This document shows, in pieces, positions 11,518 through 25,501 of a stretch of 64,000 nt of DNA (positions are counted from its first letter, which is position 1; every line of letters begins with the position of its first letter). The position numbers were made by a program, and so were the translations under genes. Source of the DNA: Dipteris shenzhenensis (Eukaryota); the NCBI GenBank assembly GCA_047967505.1, contig CM106538.1; one strand, 5' to 3'. The notes beneath the pieces were generated by a model. That model had not been told where the DNA came from. It saw only the letters and a list, made by a program, of their open reading frames with translations, and did not search any database.

Positions 11518-14500
11518 TGTAACCTATTTCTAGCATTTCCTTAGGCCCCCTCTGTAAATTTTTATCGATTTCATAAATCCCATAATATAAATTATATTTT
11601 TTTGCTACAAGCATTTTAAAAAGTACTTTTGTGAGAGATACATTACTAGTCCTAGAGTCATTTTATCTCATGAGAGACTCAAGACATAATATATCTAAAG
11701 ATATCTTTATCAGGTGTGTTATTTGAATCTACTCCTAATCTACTATAAGGAAGAGAGGTGTTAATTGCAACTAGCAATGCCTTTAGTAGGCTCAAATTTG
11801 ACTCTGGGCAATGCCATAAGACTAAGAGAAACAAGGTGAATGATGTTCATAAGGCCTACCCAAAGGAGATTGATAGTGGAATGATTTGAGAGAAATAAAG
11901 ATATAACTTGTCATGCTAGTGGCTTCCTCCATTGCTCACAGATCTAAAGCTAATGTAAGGTAGACTAATATTGATCAAAAGGAAGGGTAAGCTAGTGGCT
12001 TCCTCCATTGTTCACATATCTGAAGCTAATGTAAGGTAGACTAATATTGATCAAAAGGAAGGGTAATCTCTAAAGTAACAAGAGATACAAATTCTAGAGG
12101 CAGGTATGTTTGGAGATCTAGTTGCCCATGTCTCCTCAGTGTTTAATCAAGGGAATGTTGTCGAGCATAGTATAGAGCAAGAAATGATCAAACCAATAGA
12201 GGAAGTCTACTCTGCATGTTTCATTGTTAGTTCGCATGTTGGTCTAAAGTTGATCCATGGATTGTTGTGGGCTTGTGAATGAGTTGTATTGTAATGAGTT
12301 TTGACATGATTGTTAGAGTTGGGTGTTGGTTGTGATCAAAGAGTTGTAGTTAATATAAAAATCTCCCAATATGTATATTGGGATTGTCATGTTCAAAGTG
12401 GTGAGCATTTGGGGCAGGGTATGAAATAGAATGTTTGCCTTGGTCTTGGACGACTTGTAGACATTAAGTATAGCTATGGGGGGAGTTTTCCAAGATCGAT
12501 ACGGCTACCCTCAACCATACATGTCATGATCTGGCACAAGAATTTGTTTAAGCTTTCAGCCTGTCCGTTTGCTCGGGGGTAGTATGGAGTAGATTTCCGG
12601 TGCACTGTAAGGAACTCACTCATTAGTATTTTTATTATATCATTCATGAAATGTGTCTCTTTATCACTCACAATCTCGAGTGGAAGGCTGAATCAGGATA
12701 TCAAGTTCTCATACAGGAACTTGTGGTGACCCTCGTATCCGCTTTCTTGGTGGACTTGCTGCCCATTCAGTGAAATAATCTATGGCCACGATAATATAAT
12801 GGGCCTAAGTTCCCTTCGCACTTAAAATTACTCAATTTCATCTTTTATCAACTCAGCATACCTTGATTCATTTGACACCATTTTTAAAATTAGTCTTACC
12901 ATTGAAAATCAAAAGGGGTGGTATGTGTATGAATTTTAAGGGTATTCCCTACAAGTTTTTGCATTCATGCATAGAGATACTTTCATACCTTGCAAAGATT
13001 TGATGGTTCCATGATGAATTCTTTTAAAGGATCTATATTTATTTAAAATATCTTGATTTGGGAATTGTACCTAGGCTAAGTTATGTCATAGGTTGAAATT
13101 CAACGTTTTTCCATTCTTAAAGGCACAAATCCTAAATTCCGTGCCCTTTTAAATTCATTTTTAACCCAAAACATTAGAGATCAAAACTTGATCCTAACCA
13201 AATCCAATATTCAACCACAACAAGGACCATTTGCAAACTCTCAAGCAAAATATTTAATTCTAGGAATTAATATGAATTGTAATTATTATACCTCTTCCAA
13301 TCCATATTATAGAGAAAATTCACCATAACTTGATCAAAACACATCAGAATTAAGTGCAAACTTCAATATCAAGTTTAGTACACCAAATTCAATATTTTTG
13401 AATACTTTCTAAGAATCTTGGAACATCTTTCACAATATGATGCCTATACCAAATTTTTATACTCTATTTTGTAGCTTTTGTAATATCTTGATTGTCCTTA
13501 ATGAGAATTCAATTCTATCTTCATGTGTAGGTTTTATCCACATTAGAAAGGCCTGATCACTGATGATGAGGACCCTGATCAATGGCATGTAGTATTGGTT
13601 ATGATGAATGGAGATGCATTGGCAAGGATCACAACACTTGTTGAACACAACTGCATCTGCAAAGAGTTTTGGCCACTATAACCTGGCCTATAATACCTTG
13701 TGGGCCATAAGTTTGCTAGGAAATGGCCACCAGCAATTCCTAAATGAGCTTCCTCTAGGACTTCCAGGAATTCATCTTGTCAAATGCATCGACAGATAAC
13801 ACCATCCTTCCCCGTCCAGTAGATTGTCTGGCTATCAGTTGGTATGGGGCTACATCCTTGATGAGCTTTCTAGCCCTATCCTCCTTATTGAGTGATTTTC
13901 TTAGGGAAAACCACTTAATAACAAGTGTCCAATTTCCTTTGCCCATTCAGGAATTAGATCTACTAAGAAGAGTAAGGCATCTCGGAGATCGTCTTCCACT
14001 CCGGTTGCAAGCTCACCATTAGGGATCCAAGACGTGTGATCTGCCATGAAGTGCATACATCCCTTTCAAACTGCTATCTTAAAATCAAATTCCAAAAGGT
14101 TAAGCATCCACCAAGTAATACAGCCTATCATGCATGGTTCATTTGACTAAGTAGAGGAAAACCTAGTGATCAACAATGAAGACAAACCTGTTTGCTAACA
14201 GGTAATGCCTAAACTTTTTGATTGCATATACCATGGCCAAGCCTTAACGTTCAGTGGTGGTGTAATTCATTTTGGCATCATTCAACTGGTAATTAGCAAA
14301 GTTTATGGGATAATCCAAACTATGCTAGTATGCACTCTATCTCAAATTTTGAGGCATCAATGTGGACATGAATCTATAAGTCCCAATTGGGTGCTCACAA
14401 AATAGGGGCTGATGCCAAGACCAACTTTAGGGTCTCATAGGACAACTGACATTCTTCTATCCAATGGAATATAATTAACAATTTGTACAGGGGGTGGACA

Positions 14501-17500
14501 ATCTCTGCATAATTATAAATAAATATACAGTCGTAGCTTGTATGCCTAGTGAACCACTATATGCCCTTTGCATTGGTGGGTGTGGGTAACTCCAAAATTA
14601 GTTTGATTTTGTTATAATTGGTGGAGATCCCATTTTTGGACACTACGTGTCTGAGTATTACCCCATGTTTCACCCAAAATTGGCACTTTAGGGGACGGAG
14701 GGAGATTCTATAGAGATGGTATCTTTCAAACAACAATCTTAGATAATTAAGATGATCGTCCCAATTAGAGTGAACACACATATCAACCAAGAAAACTTCT
14801 AAAAAATCCCTCAGTTATTCCTTGAAAGCAATGATCATTGATCATTGGAACTTTGTAGGCACATTGGTGAGTCTGAAGATCATCACCTTTGAAGCATAGA
14901 CCCCCCATTCCATAGCGAAGGCCATTTTAGGATGATCTTTTGGTGTTATGGACACCTGGTTATACCTTGCAAACCCATCCAATAAGCTATAAGCTTCCTT
15001 GCTTTTGCGACTCTTTCCAGGATGTGCTTTGTGAAGGGCAGTGGGTGATGATCCTTATGGGTCATGGCATTTACCTTCTTGAGATCAATGGATACTGTAA
15101 CCTTTCCATTCTTCTTTAGTAGTATAATGATGGGAGAAACCCAATCTGTATGCTTAATCTCATATATGAACCCCGAGTCGATTTGCTTTTGTATTTGCTC
15201 TTAGAGGATCATTGCATACTTTGGGTTCATGGGGTAGGGTCGTTGCCATACTAGTCTAATGTCGTCCATCATAGGTATGGTGAGTTGCACTACTTTTGAT
15301 GGCATGCCCTTCATGTCCATGCACTTCCATGCAAAACATTCTTGAAATTCATGGAGCAAGGCAAGCAAGGACTATTCTTGCTCAAAAGTTAGGTCATCAG
15401 CTATGTAAATCGGATTAGGGTCCTCTCCTGGATTGCTGGCAAGGTTCACTTCCTTAACCTTTGTAGGTCCGTCATACCCATTTTGGTCTTTACGCTTGGC
15501 CAACCTCTGAGCTTGTCCCAACAGTATCCTATAGTCCTGTACCATGTAGGCTTTAACATGTTTGGAAACCTGATGTAGGTCAGTCTCCTCCTCATCCTCA
15601 TCATCTTCTATAGCTTCTGGGACAATTTTCTTCACCTTGCAGGACGTTTTAGGGTCCTTAGCTTTTGAGGCCTTGAATTTGTGGGGTGGTTTATTCTCTC
15701 GATAGGGCATTTGTGTAAGGAGGCCTCCATTTTAAGGGAACCTAAGGGGGCCTTTAGCCTACTATTCAAACAGGCTCCCCAATTTGATGAGAATTCATGA
15801 TGTACCGTAATGGCACCCACATATCTCAACCAATGAAGGTCTATTTTGACTTTCCTTACCCCTAGTCTTCTGTGGGGAATCTTAAGATGTTTATCATATT
15901 AAGGGGCACCACCATGCCTGGCCCCTTAGGATCAGGACTTCCATCTTAGTTCCTATCCTTTCAACCACGTCTATGGTTGCCAAGACATGCATCCAATTTT
16001 GGATAAGGCTCTGGTGGTAGAGCGTACCAATGCTCATCCTGATCCCCACCTTTATCTTCTTCATTGTAGGCTTGGAACACATTCAAAGGAGTGGTTCCCT
16101 GAGTCATATCTGACTCAAATGCAAACAAATTTCCAGTCTCATAGGTGTGTCTTTCAAGTCTGAAGATCAACCGTCACAATTTGCTCATCCTTGCGCAGAT
16201 AAATATGGTTGGAGGCCTGGTCACATTCTAGGCCTACAGTGCACATGAGGGTCTGCCTAGATAACATCGTAGCCATCCGATTGCCATGGAAATTCATTAC
16301 CACAAACCACACTCAATAGGTGAGACCAAAGGTTTTGATTTCACAACCAGGTTGGTGCTCTCCATCTCATATTTTCCCCATTTTCCCACCATTGCTTTGT
16401 GATGACACTGACACTTGATCTACCCTCCAAGATAGCTATGGCCTTCCTATTGTGGCGAAAATCAAAATCACAGTATTTTTGTCATCGCTCTCAAAGTATC
16501 GATCTAGCTTATTGACATGTATTTTGAGCAAATTCAGCTCTTCATGTGGGGCTTTAGCAGCATTAGTGTCCACCTCTTTTGTGTTGACCATCTGCCCATT
16601 CATCCAATTGGAAAGATCCCTCCAAATGATGGGATTTCCTTTGCGCAAGGCTGCTATGGGTGTCTTTATCTCCATGGACCATAAAGCGGTGAACCAAGCC
16701 ACATCTTGTGGTTGACCAATTGGTGCTCTATGCTCGAATGGGGGTTCCTCAAACCCATAAAAATACGTTACTTCATCCTCTACATCTTGAGACCAAGTTG
16801 GGTCCTCTTTAAACATCTTATGTTGTAGTAGAGACTTCTCTGATGAAGTGCCATTTGCAACGATCTCCACTTTATCCAGGGTGGGCAAGGGTCGTGCAGA
16901 TCCCTTTGGCACTTGACGATTAGGCTGAACGGTGTCCATATTATTAAGAGACTTAAGCCATTTCTCAAATCTCTCTTGGCAATCCTAGAATAACCATTGT
17001 GCCTCAACTAGGCGTTGCTTCTTGAGTCCAAGTCGGGTATTCATTTTGATGCACTGGGCTTGAATCCCATCTATGCGACTGTGTCTCACTGGCCTTACCA
17101 TTTACCCTGGGGCCATGGTGTGGTGGGTTCCCTGTATGGTCGACTAGGTCTTAAGGATGTTAAGGTGGAGATTGTTGTAGTCTCTTCGTCCCAGCCACTA
17201 TGGATAATGACTCTACCTGAACCATCCCCCACTTTAATTGCATTTGCTTGACCCCTGCCCTTAGACTGGGGCACGACCTTCCTTGCCCTATTGGCCTACT
17301 TATGGAGCTCCTTACTCATGGCTTTGGCCTAGGCCCTCGTAATCACATTTACTGACACTGAGGAAACTTGTCCCCTTACGATAATAAGTTAATATTGGAT
17401 TTTGGGTCAAGAGCCGACCTAGGAGCCCTTCTCATAGGTCAATCTTTATAGAGATGATCCGCTCCACGAGACAAGCACAACGAGGTATTCTTATTGGTTG

Positions 17501-19921
17501 CCAATAGCCTTGGTATGGGTTGATCATCTTTGTATGGGTAATCCCTTACCAAGTAAGCCCCTTTACATTTATAGTAGGCTATGGCCTGGTTAACTGTGGC
17601 TTTTTTATAGGGACACTCACTAGCATGATGCAGACCTTGGCAAGCATGACACTGGATGGCCAATTTGTGATTCACAGCATTCATGTCCCTAGCTCATTGT
17701 GTTGTAGGATCTTTTTGAATGTATTGCTTGTTGTGCATCACATAATGTTTGATTTGATTGGGTTGATACATAGGACTCTCATAGGGAGATGAATCGGGCA
17801 CTGGTAAGACATAGCCAGGGTCCTCCCACTCACTTGGCAGCTATCACTTGGTTTATGGGAGTAATCCGAGGTCGTTGGGGTTGTGGTCCTAGGATTGGTG
17901 GTGGCAATGACAAATTTTGAGCTTGCATTGACCCTTGGTTGGCATGGGGGGCCCCATATAAGGCTAACTGGACCTAATTATATAGATTAGGTGGCATCAG
18001 TAAGGACAGTGGTTGCCGTTGTTGGTACATGGGTGGGGGCATTGGCTTAGGGTAATGGCATTGTGAAGTTTCATGATTTTCCCATCTAGCAAAATGCATG
18101 CAGTAGAGTGAAGACCTTGCCCTTAGGCGAGGTAATTGATTCATCGGTTTGTTGCTTGTGCATATCCCACATCATGCATTGTCTTGCCGTGAGAACAAGT
18201 GCAAATTACTCTAGCCTGCCCTGGCCTGCCCATTCCACCCTTAAGTTGTTGGGCTACTCGATTCAAGAGATCTATGGCTACCTCATCAATGTTTGTGGCC
18301 TTAGAAAATTTGGTGGTTTCCTTGCCCTTGATAGAGCTAACAATGAGATACTACTAAGGGAGTGATCGGTGACTTCTTGGGCTAGGCTTTATCTTTCATG
18401 TTATCATCTAGGAGCACGGCAGTCTTACTACATAGCTCAAAGGATGTGGGATTTAGGGTGAACTGATGGTCATGCAACTTAGCATCCCTTAATCCAACGT
18501 GGAATCGAGGTAGGAGATTCTCATCACTCATCCTCTCATGTGGTTCACAACAAGCATTTAGATGTCTAATCTTGACAATATATTCCCGAAGGGTATTGTG
18601 CTGTCTTTTTCTAACTTCATACAAATGGTTGATCAGGATCCACTTTACGCTTGTGGGAGCAATCCCACTATGAAGACCTTTCAAAGAGTCTCCCAATTGA
18701 TATTTAGGACCTAGGGCTCTATACCACTAGCCTACCTTGCCATCAAGTCTGAGTCTGAATGTGTTCACTTTATCCAAGTCACCAATGTCTCCAAAGGCTT
18801 TGCAGATCTATTGAATCCTTTTGACATGGGAAACCTGATGTCCTTCACCTAAGAACTTAGTGATGAGATTAGAGATTGTGACCAAGCAATTGCAGGAGGC
18901 ATTCATATCCCTTCCTAAGATTACTGGTGGCACCACCCCCCTTCCTAGTGCCTATACTAGGATCCTCATTGCTTCATCAATGAGTACCATCTATGGTGTG
19001 GGCGGAGGTGCTTGGGCTACTGGCATTGTGCCAAAGTTGGGTGGTCCTTGGGGTCAATTATAAAAGTTCATCGGCCTCATAGGGTTCAGAATGGATTGTC
19101 CTGGCCTCATGGGACTAGACTCGGCATATGTGGTGGGTTTGGGTCTATTGGTCTTATCAATATAGGCCTTGGTACACGTAGATTCATGTTTGGAACCCGC
19201 CCATAGGATGAAGATGTGGGGAAGGAGGTGCTTTCAGGAGCTCCTCCCCAGTTTGCAAATAGATTGGGACGAGGAGCCATTGATATTGGGAAGGTGTTAT
19301 CTCTAAAGTTAAACTAATTGGCCCTCTGCCCTTCAAGAATAGGAGGCCAATACCCGGGTGCCTAGGGTTCAAAAGTCCTTATGAAGGAGGGTTCCCCTGC
19401 ATAGAATTATGCATACGGCTCTGAGGGTCCCTCAGCTGATGATGGTATAGGGTTGCTGGAAACTGATTGATTTGGTTGAGGTTAGCCAAGCCAAACCATC
19501 CCATTAAATTGGAGACTGACTTCCTTATTTGTGAGGATGTGGTGGCAGATTTAGGCCTTACTGAGCTAGAGTTCATGTTTTGCCCCCATCTCCACGTCAA
19601 AGCTCATAGCATCCTTTGAACTTGAGGATTCTGTGTGTGGGACCTTGTGCCGAATATGAGCTTAAGGTTGAGATCCTAGATGATACGGAAAGTGTGGCAC
19701 TAGTGGGACCAGTTAGGATGTTGTTGGAAGTGCTATCCTCTAGTTCAGGTTCAGCTCCTATCACCATTCTAGATATTTATATTTATATACTAGACCAAAG
19801 CGAGGTGATCAAGGCTGGCAAATGCAATCGACACACTTGACTTTGATCCTATTTCTCACCCCCTCTCTCTCCTTTTTTCTTCGTTTATACAAAGCAAGAA
19901 AATAAAAAACTCTCGCCCTCC

Positions 19922-19956
<35 letters not shown>

Positions 19957-20760
19957 TTCTCTCTTTTATTTACATAAATGATGCAATCTTAAATTGAAAG
20001 AACTAATACTATTCTACTCTCTCCACTAGTCAATTAGGGGAAGGTGATCAAGGCTGGAAATTGCAAGCCCTACATGACAAACATGGAGGTTGCCAAGGCC
20101 GGAAATTGTGAGCCACACACCCAATACAGAGTGAGAAACATAGAACATAAGAGCTTAAACATACATGTCCATTAGGGTGAGGTGATCAATGCCAGCAATT
20201 GTGAGCCACACACCTGACCCTGACCGATTAAAACAAAAAAGGCAACGAAGGCTAGAAGCTCACTGAATGCATCGCACAAAATTGAAACCAATGGCACTTT
20301 GTGAAGATAATGTGGTAGGGACCTAGCCAAAATTAAAACGCAATATGTCAGTCATACCGCGTAGTATCCTAGACCAACCGATAGGCTACATTTGGACACA
20401 AGATGCCCAATGATTGCCTTAATATACCATGCGATAATTTAGAAATACCCTATGGTATTTTGTACCATGCGGTATTTACACAATATCGTCCAATGTTTTA
20501 GACCACCTAGTATTTTTATGGTACCATGCAGTAGTTTGCAAGTTAATGGTAATGCTTAACTGGTCGAAAAGTTTGTGTTTTTAAATGCTTAGCTAGTCGA
20601 AAAGTTTGCATTTTTTAACACTTAGCTGGTCAAAAATTTTTGAACATTTTTTTTGTATTTAAATAAGAAATGTTTTTTTATTAAAAATCTTTTAAGAAAA
20701 ACCTAATGGTCAAGTGCTCCCTTTGCATATGTCTTCAAGCTCATCGAAATCCGAAGAAGA
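11518..20760 (-). mobile_element. Decayed Ty3/Gypsy retrotransposon (non-chromovirus, Athila/Tat-like); boundaries approximate
   Basis: Minus-strand order gag (~19.6-17.4 kb), protease (~16430, AILEGRSSVSVI), RT (~15.3-14.5 kb; DGFARYNQV, FLVDMCV), RNase H (~14.4-14.0 kb), integrase HHCC (~13.6-13.8 kb) and core (HRKSTPYYPRANGQAE, 12474-12820); TGTAAC starts at 11518 where the Copia ORF breaks off. Confidence 0.85.
11915..12066. repeat. Two tandem copies of a 76-bp unit
   Basis: GCTAGTGGCTTCCTCCATTG...AAAAGGAAGGGTAA occurs twice. Confidence 0.9.
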
Positions 20761-20829
20761 GACCAGTAGAGCAAATATTTATCAATGAGTATTGTGTTAT
20801 TGTTTACAATGCAAGAACAAATAACACAC

Positions 20830-21640
20830 CATATCAATCGGACACATAAAGAGATATGTCACTTACAACCTTTACTTGAGCTTTAGCTAAATGATGAGAT
20901 ACAAGTTCCATTTTGGCTAAAATTCCATTTTTTAATGTGACTTTCTCGAGACGATTCACTATATTCTTTTCATGCAAGGAGATGAAATTGTTCTAGGAAG
21001 TTTGAAAGCACACACATTGTATAATTATCCTTATGAGTAAATGTTGACCTATTGATATCAAAATACTCTAAGGCAAGATTGAGAGCTAAAATAGCAACAA
21101 AATAGAAGCATGGAAGAGGAAGATGCATTAAATGAGGATGAAATAATGCATGACATGATAAGCACTTACTTTGATGATCCTCCACCCCAAAATGAAAGAG
21201 ATGAAGATGTCAAAGTGGTTAGGGAGGATAACATATAAATGTAGGTCGATATCATCAAAAGAGATCAAGAAATCATCCGTTTTGGAAATGAGACTTCTTG
21301 CCCTTGAAGCCATATGTTTGATTGAAAAGGCATTTCCAACAAATATCATGGACATCCAATTGCATCTACTCGTGCAATTGTAACATGGAAATGGAATATG
21401 AAGGCATGTTACATAGTTGATTGGATGTTTTTCTTGGAACATTTTATGAAGGTATTAAAATGGTATGTAAGACAAAAAGCTATAAAAGAGGGAAGCATGG
21501 CAAAAGATTGGTTGGTACAAAAAGCTATACTAGAGGGAAGCATGGCAAAAGTTTGGTTGGTATAACGGCCAATGTTTTATATATGTAGTTTTTTGAATTT
21601 GGGATGATAGAAATGAGCCAAAAGTTGTAAGAGAGATATA
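20830..21640 (+). pseudogene. Old CACTA/EnSpm transposase (TnpD-like) relic
   Basis: EAICLIEKAFPTNIMDIQLHLLVQL and MFFLEHFMKVLKWYVRQKAIKEGSMAKDWLVQ align with 54318-54545 of the inner CACTA transposase. Confidence 0.8.
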
Positions 21641-22799
21641 ATTTTCCCTTCAACTTCATTAAAGCTTGCATGAACAGATCATGGATTTTTGATTTAGGGG
21701 ACATTGTTTGCTTGAGTATAGCCATTTTTGGTGAGGTTCACGGACTTTTCTATATATGGGTATCTTGCATGACCCATAACTTATGCATTGCTCAATGGAA
21801 TTCGGCAAACTTTGTCTTCAAGTTGTAGTACACATTCCAAATTGAACATGAGAGCAAAAAATTATGGAAGAAGGATTTGGAATGAGATCATTAAAGCATT
21901 GCAAGTGCTATGTTGCATGTAAAGCATGCATCCTAAAGACTATAGGATATAGCAATTTATTCAAAAACATCAAAATTTTGTTCTATACATACATGCAACC
22001 AAGTAATCATTCTAAAGTACACTATGTGAGCTTCTTCTCAACCCAAGAACACACCTAAATGAGATCATTATGCATGGGTTAATGGGCCTTCAAAGTTATA
22101 CCCATTTGAGGGCACACTCCATAACTTTCTTTTACTTTGTTGAAAACCAAAACGAATTGAAATTTTGGAATCCAAACTATTGGGACTAGTGCATGGTGGC
22201 CTTAAAACATTGATAGTTGTTAGTATTGGCATCTAGATTCACCCTAAAATGAAAGAAGTTGGAAAAGAGCAATTTGTGCATGTGCAAAGATATTTTAATA
22301 AATCCAACACTATTTACAATTTTAAATTGTTTATTTTTCCATGCACTTGCTTGTTATATGGCTCATAAGCATGCCAAAGGTCATTGCATTTAATAATACA
22401 CAGTATCAAACCTGATAGCATGCCCTTTGGCCTATTTTTGTTTTGAAACATTTTAGGCCACATTGCACTTGTTTGGGATATCCAATTTTTTTGACGTGTA
22501 TCGTCAGAGGGACAAAAACCGATGGCTAAAATTTTGCTACTCCCGCGAATTTTGAATTTTCACACCTTCGGCCCATCAAATCTTAGAAGATTAAGTACTT
22601 GCAACTTGCCCTCACCCTGCAAATGCCTTGTAACCCACATGCACCTCGACATGACCTTGCGTAGACTTTGGTTTGCTATAGTCTTCTTTTGGGTAAGTTG
22701 TCTTCTATTCTTTGCTTGCCTCACCAGCTAGCTTCTCTAGGTGTATTCTAGACTGATTGTGGCCATGGCATCAATGACAACATGCAGATCACCATGGCT

Positions 22800-25501
22800 T
22801 GCAAGAGAAGCAAATAGAGGCTATGAGAGAGGAAAGACAAAAAGCTAGGTCAAGGCATAAGGAATAGAGTGCGGGTCGAGAAAAGCACTGGCACAGTATC
22901 GAGTCAGCAAATGTAAGACACTTTTGCAACATCTGCGAAGGGAGAAACAACAACAACAAAGAAGACTCCTTGCAGAGCAATAGCAAGAAGTGGTTGCAGA
23001 TGCATGCATTAGATCATTGCCATCGGAGCGAAGAACACGAGCTGTGGTTTCACGATTGGTGGGAGCATTCGAGGCAACAACATCAGGCCATTCAAGTGAT
23101 TCCTAGTCTTGAATCTTTAGAAGCTTTAGCCTGCACCCTAAAGTTCGTAGAGTAACAACCCTACCAATACCTCGCCCAAGAGGTGATGCTCTCTAACCTG
23201 AAAAATGGCCTACAAAAGTGAAAGGGATGCACAACTTAGATCAACTAGCTACAAAGAGGGCGACATTAGCTATGTTGGTGTCCCTTGAAACAAAGTAGAA
23301 ATGGCTTGGGCACACAATGTCAAAGATGTTGTCAACCAAAAGCACCAACATGGCTCTAGCGGCGGTTGAACGTAAAGAAAAAGCAATGTACATCATTCCA
23401 ATCCGAGAAGTCTGTGGGCTTCAATAGAATGCAAGAAAAGGAGAGACAACCTAAGTGCGGAAGTCACTGCTACAGTGACGACATTTTGACATGAAAATAC
23501 GAGACTTTCTCCAAATAGAAAGGACATCTGTAAGAAGTGGATGGGATGCAAGGTGTTTGAGGAGCACATCATACACATGCTAGATACAACGCAGGTCAAT
23601 GGTGCCTACACCAGCTCGGTGGTTGTTTGTGATTGAGATTTGGGATAGCTTACTTGTTTCTTTTCTTAAACTAGGCTTGGACTAAATGTGATTATCCTAA
23701 ACTAGCCCGGGGGTTCGAACATCATGCAACTGTAGGCTGGTTCAGCTCAATCGTCAGTGATGTGATTGTCCTGAACCAGTGTGGTTGAACATACATTAGT
23801 TGTTGTCTAGCCCGATGGCATGGTTGAGCAGAAATTAACAGCAATATATTTCGCAATATATTGTTATTTTACTAAACTAGCCCGGTGGTTGGAACATCAT
23901 GCAACCGTGGCTACTCTAGCTCAATCACCAGTTATGTGATTGTCCTGAACTAGCATGGTTGAATAGACATTAGTTATTGACCAGCCTAGTGGTTGAAATT
24001 ATTGTGTTTCTTAGTACTTAAATTCATTAAATTTAATTTCCTGCTATTCGAGTAATATACCACTATTAAATTATGGAATTCAGAAATGAAAAGTAATATA
24101 TTGTTATTTTCTAATGGTGAAATTCAGAAATGAAAAGCAATATACTTGTTATTGTCTAATATGTGAAGTTGAGACCGTCAGGCTAAACCATCTCGGTGGT
24201 TGAAACTGTGATAGTGTCCTAAACCATCCAGGTGGTTGAAATTGTGACTATCCTAAATGTGTCCTAAACTAGCCCAGTGATTGAAATTGTGGCTATCCTA
24301 AAATAGCGCGGTGGTTGAAAATTATTTTGCTTCATTATATACTTTAATTAGACTATGTTTTGTATTCTTTTAGTAGTAGAAAAAAGGGGGCTCATTGTTC
24401 TATTGTTCCCGCATGTTGGGTCAACATCAGATAGAGTTGTATCTCAAGTTTGTGGATCAGAATCCGGACATTTCAATTGGGCAGAGGAGCTTTGAGCATT
24501 GTAAGCCCTGGTACATTAGAAAACTCAAAGACATGAATGTTTGTTGTTGCAAAACACACATAGACTTTGACCTGGCCTAGCAAGCTATGAATGACTTGAG
24601 ATCCGGTCATGTTGGAGCATTCCTCCATGGAGATTGCATAGTCTATAGGCCACGTGGATCCTCATCATGTGTTGCAAGGGAGGGTAGGTTTTGTATCCTA
24701 TGGTCTTTGTGGGAGCCAGTGGTTTGTCCAAAGGGAGACCGTGAGTGGCACAGGATTGAATGCATTCGTGGCATGCAAACATTGTAGTTTGAAGCTGAAG
24801 AAGAAGACATTCAATGTCTATCTAAATAAATGAGGGAAGACAACCACATTGATCTAAAATGGAGGAGATTTGAAAATGTCAATGTTGAAGGATCCATCAA
24901 AAAGAGATGGCTACTGTCATATAAGAGCACCCAACCAAGGGAGCTTGTAGGTTTCGTGGTTCAATCCATCCCAAAATATGTGCTTCACAATTTCACAACC
25001 AACTGGTAGGATAAGCAATTCAGGACGTGCCTTTCAATTTTCCTGGTGACACTATTGTATCTGTTATAGATTTTGCAAAAAATTATTCTTTTCAAGAACA
25101 AGATGAGATACAAAGTGTTCAGTGGTACAACAAGTAGATAAAAATTCTTGTGCATATCACGTACAATCATTTGCTTGATTCTTCCATGCTTGATGCCAAT
25201 CTATTTGCTGACTCACAAGAGTCTAGGTCAGTGCAATGCACTTACCATTTCTACATTTCAGATGATAGGAACATGACACCCTCTATTTGTGCAACATGCT
25301 TTTCTACTGCATTGGGAATGGATGAAAAAGAAAAACCCCTGTGTAGAAAATATAAAACAACATTGGGTGTAGTCAGATGGTGCTGCCTCTCAATTTAAAT
25401 CAGCACGGAGATTCCACTTCATCTCAAGGTTCAAATCCCTAACCGGTTTAGACATGATGTGGAATTTCTTTGGGTCTAGCCATGGCAAGGGTGAACATGA
25501 T
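22800..25501 (+). pseudogene. Sola2-like DDD transposase, decayed; intron 23595-24430; truncated after GKGEHD
   Basis: TRLSPNRKDI..HMLDTTQ|IELYLKF..KPWYIRKLKDMNVCCCKTH; VIDFAKNYSFQEQDEIQS; YISDDR; SDGAASQFK; WNFFGSSHGKGEHD. These match the DF(S/A)ENY, SDGAASQ(Y/F)K and SHGKG motif series of Sola2 transposases. Confidence 0.8.
23595..24330 (+). repeat. Degenerate repeat array in the transposase intron
   Basis: Recurrent GTGATTGTCCTAAAC / GGTGGTTG(G)AA units; the same array lies at 6060-7020 and, inverted, at ~38930-39340. Confidence 0.75.

Noticed and set aside
19800-20760. 5' LTR and PBS of the Gypsy element
   Set aside because: Short repeats are visible (GGTGATCAAGGCTGG, TACCATGCG), but no second copy of the 11518 sequence and no convincing PBS were found
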